The notes below the pieces were generated by a model. That model was not told the origin of the DNA. It did not search any database and saw nothing but the letters and a program-made list of their open reading frames with translations. Position numbers and translations under genes: made by a program. A DNA stretch of 63,907 nt, filler included, from Choristocarpus tenellus KU-1152 (Eukaryota > Protista > Phaeophyceae), in the NCBI GenBank assembly GCA_964200185.2. It is 11 parts of 11 records of this genome, joined end to end, with 100 filler letters (N's around TTAATTAATTAA, not from the genome) between each part and the next. Parts side by side here need not be neighbours in the genome. Positions count along the whole stretch, not along the records: positions 44,574 to 49,405 come from CAXNAD020012885.1; positions 49,506 to 63,907 come from CAXNAD020001204.1; 9 more parts are not named here. One strand, written 5' to 3'. Below, piece by piece: positions 49,127-61,576 of this stretch; position 1 is the first letter of the stretch, and every line of letters starts with the position of its first letter.

Positions 49127-50436
49127 AGGACTCACCAGGCGAATTGAGAGTGGGAGAGACTGTCAACATCTCTTCAACCAAAGGACACCATCCACCCTCA
49201 GAACTTCAAAAAAATAAGAAAATAACTCATGAGAGGTATCTCCTCAAATACAAGGTCTCACTCATGGACAGGTCCATGCAAGTCCATGGCACAGACAATC
49301 CTGCTCGACAATAGCCAGCAACAATCCCCCCCCCCCCCCCCCCCCCCCTTCTCCTCCCCCCCTCCACCCCCGCGCAGGATGAAAACCAAAGAAAATCCCC
49401 CCTGGNNNNNNNNNNNNNNNNNNNNNNNNNNNNNNNNNNNNNNNNNNNNTTAATTAATTAANNNNNNNNNNNNNNNNNNNNNNNNNNNNNNNNNNNNNNN
49501 NNNNNACGGTATAACGGTATATGGTATACGAGCAATACGTCATAATAACAGACAAACATGCTTTCCACACGTACTGTGTATCATACCTAACCAAATATAA
49601 AGGTACGTACAACCTATGTTGCATACTTGTGTCAGCACAAAACAACGTAAGGATAACACTAGGTTATTCGACAAGGTAAACACTACCGGTGGAGTAGCGG
49701 AGGAAAGGTAGAGCCAGATATATGTTTCCGTATATTTTAGTTGAACTCTACAAGGTATATATGATACAGTGATAGTATTCTTTTCTGATGATAGTATTAT
49801 TTGCTGATTATCCATGTAGACGTTGCAAATCCCACATGATAGTCTGCACCTGTCTCACCCCACAAGTTCAATCAGTGGAATTGAGACCATATGAGCCTCT
49901 TTCAACAATAATATTGTGTATCTACATCAAGCCATTTATTGTCCTCTATCGAGGCACACAGCCGCGGGTCCAGTGTGGCACGTGACGGTGACCTGCAACT
50001 GGCCACTTCATCGGCCAAGAAAGCTTGGCAACTCCTGCTGATCATGTCGCAAGATCGTGCCCTACATGTCTTTATCGCGCCTGGGTCCCCAAGTTCAGGG
50101 TGGCGCGCGCTCGATGCGGCATTTATGCCTAAGACCCGACAGGAGGTGAGACACGTACGTCAGGAGCTGGATCGTCTGACGTTTGATGACAGAAAGGACC
50201 CTTCGCCAGGGCTTACTGAATTATCCTGACTGACAACCAAACTGGAGTCCATGGGCGAGGTCATCGCAGAGGAAACCAAGGTGGCCACCACACTGAACAA
50301 GCTGGGGGAGAACTACTCCCAAATCAAGAGCTTCATCGATTTTGGTGAAACCAGGACTGTGAAGGAAGAATCGAAGATATGGTGGTGGCGAGGTTTAAAG
50401 ACCTGTAAGCAACCAACGTCGCCAAATCAATCGGGA

Positions 50437-50618
50437 GGCTCAAAGTATGTGGGGGGGGATGGTGACTGTCCATTTGGGGTCAATTTTTTTCATGTCGCGA
50501 TTTTTGTGTGATTTGGCTGCATGCTTCGGATGAATAATGTAAGTGCACTTTTCCTGGTCATGACCCAAATGGACGCCCTGGTGTAGACCCCCTCCCCCAC
50601 ACAGATACACTTTGGGTC
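50437..50618 (-). mobile_element. MITE family A, full copy, TSD GGA, inserted in Copia gag
   Basis: GGCTCAAAGTATGT...AGATACACTTTGGGTC flanked by gga/gga. Confidence 0.92.
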
Positions 50619-51299
50619 GGAACGACCATGCTTTGGTTGTGAGTGCGGGAAGGGGAACTGCCTGCTGGCAAGAAGGGTCGAGGAAAGGGTCTCGTAGTTT
50701 GCTTTATGTGTGGCAAAGATGGTCACACGAGGAACGATTGCCCCGACCTTGACCGGACTCGGCACACTTGTGCCTCAACGAGACTGGGGGGAGATGACGA
50801 CCAAGGTAGAAGATGCATGAGATGCACAGGGTTAGGTCTCGAGGTGAGAGAATATCCCCTGACTGTTCGAGTCAGGGAGAGGACAGGAAGATCTTCTGGA
50901 AGGGGGGCTAAGGAGGGATTGCATATGGTATCGACCACAACTCCTTCTCCCCCATCTGAATCTCAAGAGGTGGAAGAGTGGACAGGTTGGAAGGCTTCAT
51001 CATAAGCTCTTACTTTGGTGACATGGAACATTTCCCCTTGTGACTGTCTTCCCTCGTGTTTGTTGTTGTTCCAAATTATTATATGTCTTGTGTATTTTAG
51101 TGCATACCCACAGTAGTCAAGTGACAGCTGTAATGTTGCATGCAGACTGGCTTTTGATAGAAGAGCTATTAAAGCCAGGGAGATGAGCATTTTTTGTTTG
51201 TGTATATGGTATGTCAGTTGTAAGGGAGTCGACTAATTAGTGCTATTCTTTTCCAAGGATTCATTTTAGGCGTTGCACTGAGGATATTTCGTGGACCGT

Positions 51300-51725
51300 G
51301 GGAGACGCAACTTGTTATGGCTAAGGACTCGCAGTAGAAAAACATCCCAGAATGTGTTTGTAGAGGTTGTGATAGGATAGAAAGTAACAGCTCCACCATA
51401 GCAACTGTGTTCCAGTGACCTGCAGTAGTTATGTATTTGAGAGGTTTTGTTTATTGTAGGAGACGCAACATGGTATTGCTAAGGACCTGCAAGAGAAAGT
51501 GCCTCAGAATGTTTCCACATGAGACTGCAATAGGACAGATGGATGGCTGATTTTTAATGATCCCAGGCCAGTATTGATGGTAACTACTGTTTTTCTATTT
51601 ATTGCACGTATTGATGTATTAGGGAGGATTTTTGTTGATTGTAGAAGACGCAACATGGTATTGTCAAGGACCTATAGCAGAAAGGACTCATGAATGTTTA
51701 CACAGATACTGCAATAGAACGGTAG
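51300..51725. repeat. Three diverged about 160-185-bp tandem units upstream of the 3' LTR
   Basis: agacgcaac.tg.tat.g..aaggac...gaatgt at about 51301, 51459 and 51643. Confidence 0.8.
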
Positions 51726-52271
51726 TAGATTGATGACTGATTAGTAGAACCTACATGGATCCAACGTCAACATTGATTTTAGGATGAATTTGTGATATTT
51801 TTCTGAGAGAGCGAGCAGAGGTTTGTTTCTTTCTTTAAGTTTCAGAGAAGTAGATTCTGAGGGTATATAGTGTCTGCACAACAAGGGAGAGTGTTCGTAG
51901 ATAGTGCTGATGGTACACTATAGACATCATCGGTGAAGTAGTTTAGGAAAGGTAAACACCACCGGTGGAGTAGTGGAGGAAAGGTAGAGCCAGATGTATG
52001 TTTCAGTGTATTTTAGTTGAACTCTACAAGGTATATATGATACAGTGATAGTATTCTTTTCTGGTGATAGTGTTATTTTCTGACTATCCATGTGGACGTT
52101 GCAAATCCCACATGGTAATCTGCGCCTGTCTCACCCCACAAGTTCAGTCAGTGGAATTGAGACCATAAGACTCTTGTAGCAATAATATTGTGTATCTACA
52201 TCAAGTCATTTACTGTCCTCTATCAACCTTGAAGGCACACAACCGCGGGTCCAGTGTGGAATATTTCGACA

Positions 52272-55020
52272 GGTCCCTGTGCAAATTATCACCCTGGAAG
52301 CACGCCTCTGGGAGCTACGGTGCTCCTTAACTACGGACAGTACGGATCATAGTCAAACTCGAACTGATATTTGCAGAAGTTTGGGCAGCTGAAGGAAGTC
52401 GGAGAACTTAAGGAAGGCTTTAATATTTTTGGGTATCAAGGACTCCATGGCCAACATTTCCGCACAACTGACTACAAGACCCAATATAAACTATGAGGAA
52501 CTGAAGCGGACAATCATCTCCTCATCATCATACCTACATTCGGACCAGGACGGAACAGAAACGCAACGGCCCTACAAAGCACAACAAGGGACCGAATGTT
52601 GGACAATCACGAGGGTTCACGGAGGTTTCCTGGTACTGACCAATGCACTCTTAATGTCTAAAAAGGGGGTCATCGATGGAGAGAATGCCTCTCGCTTATG
52701 GCAGGCAAACCACCAGCAGAACGAACACAGGAGATGGCGCCTGCTACTCAATTTCTTCCACCACCTGGAGCTACATCGGTACCCAGTCTAGGAGGACGTC
52801 ATAAGGGAAGGGGTGGCAACAGGAATTAAGCACGGTCATTCTCAACCAACAAGGTAACAGCAAGCAAAAAGGACAAGCGAGTGATGCTTAAGCTCATCGT
52901 GAGGCAAAGAGATCAAATTCCTATGCGATTCTTGACCAACATAAATCTCATGCCATACAGAGAGATCTGGTGAACACATGAGCAACAAAGGGGACCTGCA
53001 CCTTCGGCAACAATGGAGGACTGAAGGCTAAGGAGATAGGGGATATGGTACTATCGACAATGAGCAAGAATGGGGAGTCAAGGGTGGTTCTTCGGGATAT
53101 ACTTTGGGTAACTGGTATGCCATGCCGAATATTGAGCACTGGGACCCTGCGATGAGAAGAAGGAGGATTTATGGACTCGGGATCAAGAACAAGCTACCTC
53201 AGAACTTTGTGAAATGGCCTATAGATAAAATTGGAGGGGGGAATTTCTATACCTGAGAGGGATGCTGTAAGGGAAAAAGGAGTAAGGCAAATGTATAATC
53301 TGCCAGGAAGAGCCAGAAACTTACACTTCATGACTGGCACAATGGGCTGAGCCACATCAACCTATCAGTCATCGAACACCTGGAAATTCGCGGATTATTG
53401 GAGTTCACAGATGCTACGGTGACTTCCGAGAGAGATGCAAGACTGCAAGAAACGCAAAGCAAAAAAGCTCAGCTACCAGAGGGGAGGTTGAAGCCGCAAA
53501 CAGGCTGGAGAGGCGATACACATGGACACACACAGGAAAGCCACTCAACCGTGACAGGTTAAGAGTCTGGGGGAGTGTGAGTGTTATGTACATCAGGCAA
53601 AGCAACAGCGTGAAGCTGCATCGGAAGGGGAATCCGAGAGTAGATTTTGTGCAAAATAGGACAAAAGTGAGGTGTACCTTATTTTGTGTATGAGATATAG
53701 TCATTTTGATTGAGTCCATGTGATGTAACTAATGAGAAAGTACATCAGAATTATGAATGGAATATGTATAGTTTTTTTTAATTTGAATTCAACTACTTTG
53801 ATTTAATCGTTGGCTTCTGTAGGAAGCACAAATAATAATAAACAAGCAATGAGAAGGCACCCCACAAAGGTCACTCTTCTAATTTCAACCATGTAATCAC
53901 GTTCAGCGAAAGGGGTCGTGTGAGGCTTCACACCTTCTTATCTTCACTACTGACAAATGACATTACCTCCCAAGGTAATTTGCACAGTTTTATTGAGGAC
54001 TCCAGTGATGTTATAAAGTCTAACCCACAAGAAGCATTGACATCAGAGCATAAGTCTCCTAATAATAGAGACCCACCAGGCTGAGCAAGCAACCCCGGGT
54101 GGATTACAGAGGTTAGATTCAGGGACGAGAAGAGACTTGGATGACAACAAAATCAACTTAATCATTGCAAACAACCAATGATGCATGAGTGCAAGTATCT
54201 TAGGGTTAGGGTACGAGTTTTGCCCTGTTTGTCCGTTTGGGGCTTGGCTTCCCATGGGTTTTTTTATTGGATTTTCCTACTCCAAAATGCTTCGGAGTGG
54301 GTAAAATGTATACGTTGTGAAAAGGTGTGTCCGGAACAAGGATATTGACACTTCTTAACAAACATGATAGCCAAAATTACATTGAATTCACAACATTGGA
54401 TTTGGGCCCCGAAATGGACGCGGCTCTACCCTCTGATATACTTTGGCTCGCATACTATTTGTTAGGTGTGGTAGGCAAGACTACTCCAGGTCATCAAGAA
54501 CCATCTTCTACAACAGATGCGGTTGCGGGGCCTGATGCGTGAGGATGGAAAATTGCCATGGAGAAGGAGATGAAGGGAGCATTCAAGATGGAGAGGATTT
54601 GCCACAGGGAAGGAAACCTGTCAAGACTAAGTTTGTATTTAAGATTAAGCGGACAGTCGAAAGGACCATCAAATGGGTCAAGGCCAGTTTAGTGGCGCAG
54701 GGCCTTACCCAACGGGTGGGTATGGGCTACTTAACAAGTTCAGTCCAGTGAATAACATAATCAGGGCAGTGCCAGTGGACAGCAATGGGATAAGGGATGA
54801 GGCACACGGGGAATCTTGGGGGGAGCTTGGCTACCACAAGGGATTACGACTTGGTATGGGGATAACTGAGGTGCAATACAGGCAGGGACAACCATACGGT
54901 TCAACAGAAGAACGAGGCAGTACATGCCTACTGCTCTGCAAGTTGCTGACATTTTAACAAAGCGATTATGGAAGAAACAGGTAGAAGGCTTCATAGACAC
55001 TATGTTGATAAAAGATTAAT
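52272..55020 (+). mobile_element. Second decayed Ty1/Copia element (gag, protease, pre-integrase, RT, RNase H fragments)
   Basis: GEHMSN..GDMVLS..VVLRDILWVTGM..ILSTG; DWHNGLSHIN; LPQGRKPVKTKFVFKIKR...KASLVAQGLTQRVG; YMPTALQVADILTKRL, in Copia domain order. Confidence 0.88.
54187..54449 (+). mobile_element. MITE family B, full copy, TSD GCAT, inserted in Copia pol
   Basis: GAGTGCAAGTATCTTAGGGTTAGGGTA...ATACTTTGGCTC flanked by gcat/gcat. Confidence 0.92.
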
Positions 55021-55426
55021 GTAGTGTGTGAGAGTTGAAGCATTCTGTGTTTTGTCTTATTTACTTTCACTCTCATAGAGTGCGCAGAATATGATATGAA
55101 TTACAGTAATACGTAATCGAAAGCGTTCGGGATCATGTTTCTTAAGTGTTCAGTATAGTAATTCCTTCTAGAAGTAACGGGTGCTCAACCAAGCACCACC
55201 ATCTATAATATTATCACTCTTCTATTTTCAATAACCTCATTACTTTCAGCAACGGGGAATCGTGTGAGGCTCCTGTCTCTTTCTCTTCTTCCATACCGAC
55301 ACAAGCAACAGTCTAAATCTACAAAGAATGGACTTTCTCTTGTTGCCCCTTTTTGAAGCTGCACTGCTCTTCGACTATAACTAGTATCTGTGTCCAGATC
55401 TTTAGATTATGTGCCTTAACAGATAA

Positions 55427-55624
55427 CAGCCGATTTCAAAAATTGAGGATGGAGCTTTTCATTGAGGATGAACTTGACCCAAAATTGACTGGGATAAAGT
55501 GTCGATATGTTTTTTGTTTTAAATGACAATACAAAAAAAAACATATCAACACTTTATCCCAGTCAATTTTGAGTCAAGTTCATCCTCAATGAAAAGCTCC
55601 ATCCTCAATTATTGAAATCGGCTG
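55427..55624. mobile_element. Near-perfect about 198-bp palindrome (foldback MITE)
   Basis: CAGCCGATTTCAA..GGGATAAAGTGTCGATATG arm and its reverse complement ..CATATCAACACTTTATCCC..TTGAAATCGGCTG, with few mismatches and a short AT-rich loop. Confidence 0.88.
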
Positions 55625-56465
55625 CTAGATGGAGTGCTGAACTGACAAAGAACTTTTACCCCTCACTTTCCATCATCAATTGAATTAGCCAAGTAACTGA
55701 TGGGAGAAGGTGACAAAATTCCAATTCTATTCATGTTGGGAAATCATTTTTAGTGGAACTTAGACACCAACAAGTAGTGTATTGTAGCGTTAGCGTTAGG
55801 GTTAAGATATCCTCGATTATTCTCCATCAGGATATGCTACTACTTTTTTTTATAGGATACACATAATACAATGTTTAAAAAGTTGCCGTTTGGGGCTTTT
55901 CCGGCTCTCACTCAAGGATGCATATTTTGTACCAAACAACAACGTTCTTACATATTTTATTATTATGCCCTCTGACATTTTCTACATCATTTGCTGTTCC
56001 ATCCTTGTGTTGCATGTAAGGAGCCTACGTACGTGAGGGGTATCATAGAAAGTTTGTATATATAGTAAAATTATATGGTTTGTGGTAGAAACGTAGAATG
56101 ACATTCAAATTTCAAACTTAGTTGTTCGCCGAGGGTACAAATATATTTGTTTCCCGAGTCGCTGGATAAGGGATTAGGGGTAACAATCGAGACATCGTTC
56201 AGGGTCTCAAATCCTCACCAGATTACATCCAGCGACCTTGACTGTTTCACTGAGACTGGATATGGTGTTGCGTTGTGTCTGGACCCATTGCAACCCACTC
56301 ATTAGTTCAGTTCATTACGTAGAAATCAAAAAGTAGACTAGGTTCAAGTGCGAAGCCTCTCAAGTTAAATTTCTTCATCAGACAAGGTTCGTCAAGGAGG
56401 AGCAACTCCCTCTTGGCTATTTAACCAGAATAATCTGTCCTTTTACCAATAGTATAGTGCTAGAT

Positions 56466-57768
56466 ATGGTGGGGCTAAGGAATAAGGGAAAACTGAAACT
56501 CAAGCCATGGGAGCTGGCAATCTTTCGAGTTGGTGGCGTGTCCAGAGACAAGGTCGAGGAAGTGGCGACCATGATAATACATTCTCAGCGAGGGCTTAGG
56601 CTCAGAAAACTGCTGGTGTTTGCTGCCATTATCTCCCTTATCCCAACGCTCATCATCAAGCATCTCACTCGGGTTCCAGTGGTGTCACGGCCAAAGCATT
56701 CAGCACTCTCCATTACGTCGCTCTTCGATGTTTCTCACAACACTGCAGTTGCTGCATTGGACTCACCACTGGAAAGGTATAGCAGACGCCAACTTCAAGA
56801 GGATACATCGACAACTGCACAGAGAGCGATATCTTACGAAGCTGAGCTGGAGGTGTACTTGTGTAATCCGTCTCTGAATACCGATGACAACGACGTCTAC
56901 CACGTTGTGGACGAGGATGTAATCAACGCGTTCAATCGGTTGGACAGGCTCGGGGAGGTGAGCAACGAAGCGATTTGCATAACGTGCATACCTAGGTCTA
57001 CCTTCACTTTTCTCATTATAAAAGTCCCGGGATGCGTTCGTAGTGTTGTTGCGTGGTTGCTTGTATCTTGCACGTTTTGTCTGAAGTCAATTTTTCTACT
57101 TTCACATCTGTTAGGAGGTCAAATCGGCATTACCAATCAACCCTTGTCTCTCGCTGTATTTAATACACTTTGGCCAGACTTCGGTTGGACAAATTATGGT
57201 CACGACCAAAACTCGACGTGAGAGTGAACAAGATGACTGCTACAAGTGCTCCTCGGACGGGATGCTTCAGTGGCATGTTAAAGTCATTTTCGGAATAGCG
57301 ACAGCCGCAGCCGCTGGCACAACCCCCGCAGTTCTTGCCGCAAGCGCCAACGACTACATTGCCTATAGCAGCGATGAGTTCAAGACGCTGCTCACAGCCT
57401 ACATTAATGACGAGGTAAAACTATGATGCCTGACCCTTTTCCTTGTTCCAGAATCGTGCTCTTCCTTTTGGCGCTCCGTTTTGAACTCAGATCCGTTATT
57501 AGCGTGGAGCATAGGTGCCGTCAGATAATAATTGATCGTGGTCATCGAACAACCTTTTTGACTACCAACAACCCTACTACTGCCGCTTACCTGTTCCGCT
57601 TCGACCCAGGCCCTTGACAATCTCGACACTGCCCACATCAGTCCTGTAGACCTTTCTCATGATGATGTGGTTGTGGAGAGTGTAGGGTGGGTTGTCAATT
57701 TTCTTCCTTCTGGGATTTCATCCAGCGTCGTCTCGGACGCTTACGGCGATGGTATGAACAATGACCTG
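56466..57768 (+). CDS. Hypothetical membrane-anchored protein, exons 56466-56957, 57115-57414 and 57610-57768 (more exons likely to about 60615)
   Basis: Three stop-free exons of 164, 100 and 53 codons, all phase 0 with GT-AG boundaries. Hydrophobic segment LLVFAAIISLIPTLII and an RRQLQE motif. Confidence 0.75.
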
Positions 57769-59193
57769 GTGAGTTTTTAATAGAACAATTCGAATTTAGT
57801 GTATCCGTTCTCTGTCTTTGGACACGGATACTGAAGCACTGGTGTGATCGATCCTTTCACCATCATTGTCTTTCTCTGCAAGCCGTAATATTCTGATATG
57901 TAGAGGGATTTCAGTGTTCTCGGTGGCCCTCTCTTTCTTACCTATTAATGCTAGTCTATCACTGGTCTTCAATATAATACGGATGGGAAGAGTTTTGTGT
58001 ATAGCTAAACTTAGTGAAAACGAGACATGGTGGCATCAAAATAAGTGAAAAGGAAAGATTGGTGTATTGATATACCATGGAAGCTTCTGATCAATTTCTT
58101 GAGTAAAAAGCATAGCTCTACTCTTTTAAGGATCATTCTTATTAAAGCATTGCAGTAGTAGTTTGAACTTCATACTTCAACCATGGGGTATCAGTCCCCA
58201 ACAAAAATATTTAGAAATGGAGCTGTGTTGCCTCACCCTGCAAAGCTGTATCTGGAAATTCGGTATTGTGGCCTCTGACATAAGCACCTAATAAACTTCA
58301 CTTCCTTGAACTAACAAAATTGAAGGAGCACGATATTACTGGGAGGGGAGAGTTGTGGGCATGGTGGGTTTGGGTGTCATATGGGCTGGCTGTGGCATGC
58401 TGCTTGGGATCCCTGTGCTGCTTTGTAGCTAAACGGTGAGGCTTATTCAAAGGTTTGAAGGACAGTCTTTACGACACATGTTATGCATATCGACTGAGGT
58501 GTTGATGAAGGTTCAAATTCATGGTCAGGTTAGTGTACCCAAACAAATTTCACAAGGGCATACCACTGTACTCTCCTCTTGGAACAAGTTCATGTCCAAC
58601 ACAGAAATTCATTCACACACTTCGATGAGGGTGCCGGTGTAGCCAATCCATGCACGAAGCACACAGTAAGTCCTCCCCCCACACACAATTGCTTGCTACA
58701 CTGGGTGTGGGCGGGTGATTTCTTTCCTGCTCTTCCACCTTCTCAAACATACCCCATCCCAGACGTTGTGAGGAACCTAGTGGGCATGAGCATGAGCACA
58801 TTGCCTACGCACAACGGGAAAGGGGTGTGGGGGGGATGCATAAAATGTACAGGCAAGAAGGGGGTTCTACAGACCAGGACTTTGAAGCAAACTACCAAGA
58901 CTACGATGTGAGAGTTGTGAAATTACTATAAAACTTCCTTTCAAGTAATACCACAATATAGTGACTAGATCGGATAAGAACCATGGCTGTTGTCTTTCAT
59001 TTTTTATGGGAGGTTGGTTATGCTGGCTGTGCCTTTGTGGGAAAGGCAACACGAGTCACAGCGAATTGTACTGCATTTTTTCCTTGGTTGTATCCTCTTC
59101 ACCCACGTTTTACCTTTCTTGCTGAATAGATGTTGTGCATTTGAGGTATGGTATTGTAGGTGTCTGATTAATTTTCAACAATTACTACTTCGA

Positions 59194-59261
59194 AAGCACC
59201 ACAGTACATAAAGCACCACAGTACATAAAGCACCACAGTACATAAAGCACCACAGTACATA
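59194..59261. repeat. Perfect 4 x 17-bp tandem repeat AAGCACCACAGTACATA
   Basis: Read directly from the sequence. Confidence 0.95.
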
Positions 59262-61303
59262 TTATATTCGCAAGTAAACAAACCTGATGCTGCTGTTGTA
59301 CTGTTGTAAAAATTGCAACCAGGAGGGAGAGAAGGAGTACAAGGGTATAGCAAAGATAATGTCAATTGCACCCAGCTTCTCTGGCAGGAAGACCAAGAGC
59401 TTTGGCAGTTATTCTCACTCAAGATCGCAGCAGGTGAAAGAGAGGGGATCCAAATGTTTTGTGCTTCCCTTGGTTCTCAAAGGGAATGGCTTGCTTCTTC
59501 TGAAAACTCAACAGTACGTGATACGGCCTTCTATTCTTGTGAATGCCAAATGGTTGGATATTTATACTTAATACTCATGATACTAATGCCGTGGAAGTAC
59601 TCCTTCTACTAAATCATGCACTCTATTGTGGATACTGTTGCGTTCGTGCGTTCATTACCATGGTATGTGGTATAATATCATGCACTATCATGTACAGGGG
59701 AACTCATGAGGTAACCCAAATACAGTAACGTACAATACCTAATACTACTACGATATGAAGGGGTACAATGGAAGAGACCAAAGAGGGTAAACCCTCTTGC
59801 CTACATTACCTTTCCTTTTTCCTGCCCTTGTTTTCACGGTCTCCTGCCCTTGCTGCTGGTCCGCTTTCAAAACCTCCTTAGTCTGGGATGAGATCAGGAG
59901 GGCCGTTGGGGAGATCAAGGTCAGCAGGTACAGCTGGCGGTGCTTTTGATGTGGGTGGGCATGATGAGTTTGATGGGGAAGAAGTGACCATTGACCTTCC
60001 CCAAACGCACCCAGGCTACAGCTTCAACTTCAACATTGAACGGGGGTCAACAAGGGGTTGGGGTGCAAGGCGGTAGATTGGCACTTTACAAGGCAGGATG
60101 ATGTTGGTGGTGACTTGCAACAAACTTCACTGTCACTGTCACTATCACTATCACTATCCATGGGCGGGTTGTGCTCCGTAGTATGCATGAAGACACTGCT
60201 GTCTGTCTCCCTCTTTGCAAAGGCTCTTTATTTCTTCAATTCGCTATGCTGAAAAATACAGCCTGTAGTGAAGAAGAGTGCTGTGTTTTTCATTTCTGAC
60301 TGAAGAGGTATGTGTGTGTGTTGTGTATGTGTGTAGGTTGACGTTGAACTGTTATTAATTGGTGCTGTGATTTGGCAGACAAACAAGTGCTTATTTTGGG
60401 AAAAGAATGTTTCCCATGTTGTAGCTGGTGTTGTCTTGACTTTCCGTCCCTTGTTCCTTTTTTCGATGGCCATAGCAAACATAGTCCCCATCTTTTTCAG
60501 TCCTTGGTGCCCAGAAGGTATGCAGAACTTTTTTTTTTTTATCTTTTCACTGTAAAGATTCCTTGCAGATCTGACTACTGGTGGAGTTGCTTCCTGGGAG
60601 ATGCACTTTGCCTGGTTTGATGGAGTATATTGCTCGCTTGCTACGCTATCAATACACTGCTTTTTTTGGTATATTGCAGTATATTGCTATGTTGCTATGC
60701 TATCAATATACTGCAATATACTGCTTTTTTGTGTTGGAAGCACATGGTGTGAATGTTGCTTGAATTAGATACTAATATAATAGCCCACCAGTGATGATTT
60801 TTTTTATTGTGTTGGAACTTGATTATTGAATGTATTTATTTGGTTAGTGTGCGTGGAGGGAGAGGAGGTAACTTGCCCAGTCACTCCTTGGTCCTCAGTA
60901 TTTGTTGAATGATTTTTGTTCAAAGTGGTGCTCCCCAAACACTTTCCTGGACAATTGGTGGTGGATGTTAGCAGTGATTTGTTATTTATAGAGGTCTAGG
61001 GACCACACCAGCCTGTTGTTGTATACTTTGCTGTGATACATAGTAAGTGGAATATCAATATTGTAAGGGACTCTAATCATTTACAAGACCTCTGGGTTGT
61101 CTTTTGTTGACAACCAAGCTTGCCTATTATGCTCTTCTAAACTAAACTGTGAGTTGTCCATCACAAGAATGAATGCCAATAAATTACAAGAATGAAAGAT
61201 GAGAAGCATCTCCTCCATCTCAAATTACCTCAACCACACCTAGTAGTGACCACAACTTGAAACACAAGACAAGGCAACAATCCTGTATTTGCCCATGTTA
61301 TTT

Positions 61304-61576
61304 GAGTGAAAGTATCTTAGAGGGTACGAGTTTTGCCCTGTTTGTCCATTTTGGGATATACCCTTTTGGCTCCCAAGGGGTTCTTACGACGTTTTCCTTC
61401 TCCAAAATATTTTGTAGTAGGTAAAATGTATACGTCATGAAAAGGTGTTTCCGGAACAAGGATATTGATTGACACTTCCTAACAAACATGATAGCCAAAA
61501 TTACATCAAAATCACATTGGATTTATGATCCCAAATGGACACAACTCTACCCCCTAACCCTAAGATACTTTGTCTC
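61304..61576 (+). mobile_element. MITE family B, full copy, TSD ATTT
   Basis: GAGTGAAAGTATCTTAGAGGGTA...CCCCTAACCCTAAGATACTTTGTCTC flanked by attt/attt. Confidence 0.92.

Larger units (their letters stand above)
49674..52271 (+). mobile_element. Internally deleted Ty1/Copia element: partial 5' LTR (49674-49978), gag, 3' LTR (51892-52271)
   Basis: About 300-bp direct repeat. Gag motifs AWQLLL...SPSSGWRALD...KLESMGEVIAEETKVATTLNKLGENY and a zinc knuckle CFMCGKDGHTRNDC. Purine tract AAGGGAGAG immediately before the TGTTCG...TTCGACA LTR. Confidence 0.85.

Noticed and set aside
59194-59261. 17-bp repeats as CRISPR or iterons
   Set aside because: Head-to-tail with no spacers, so an ordinary minisatellite.
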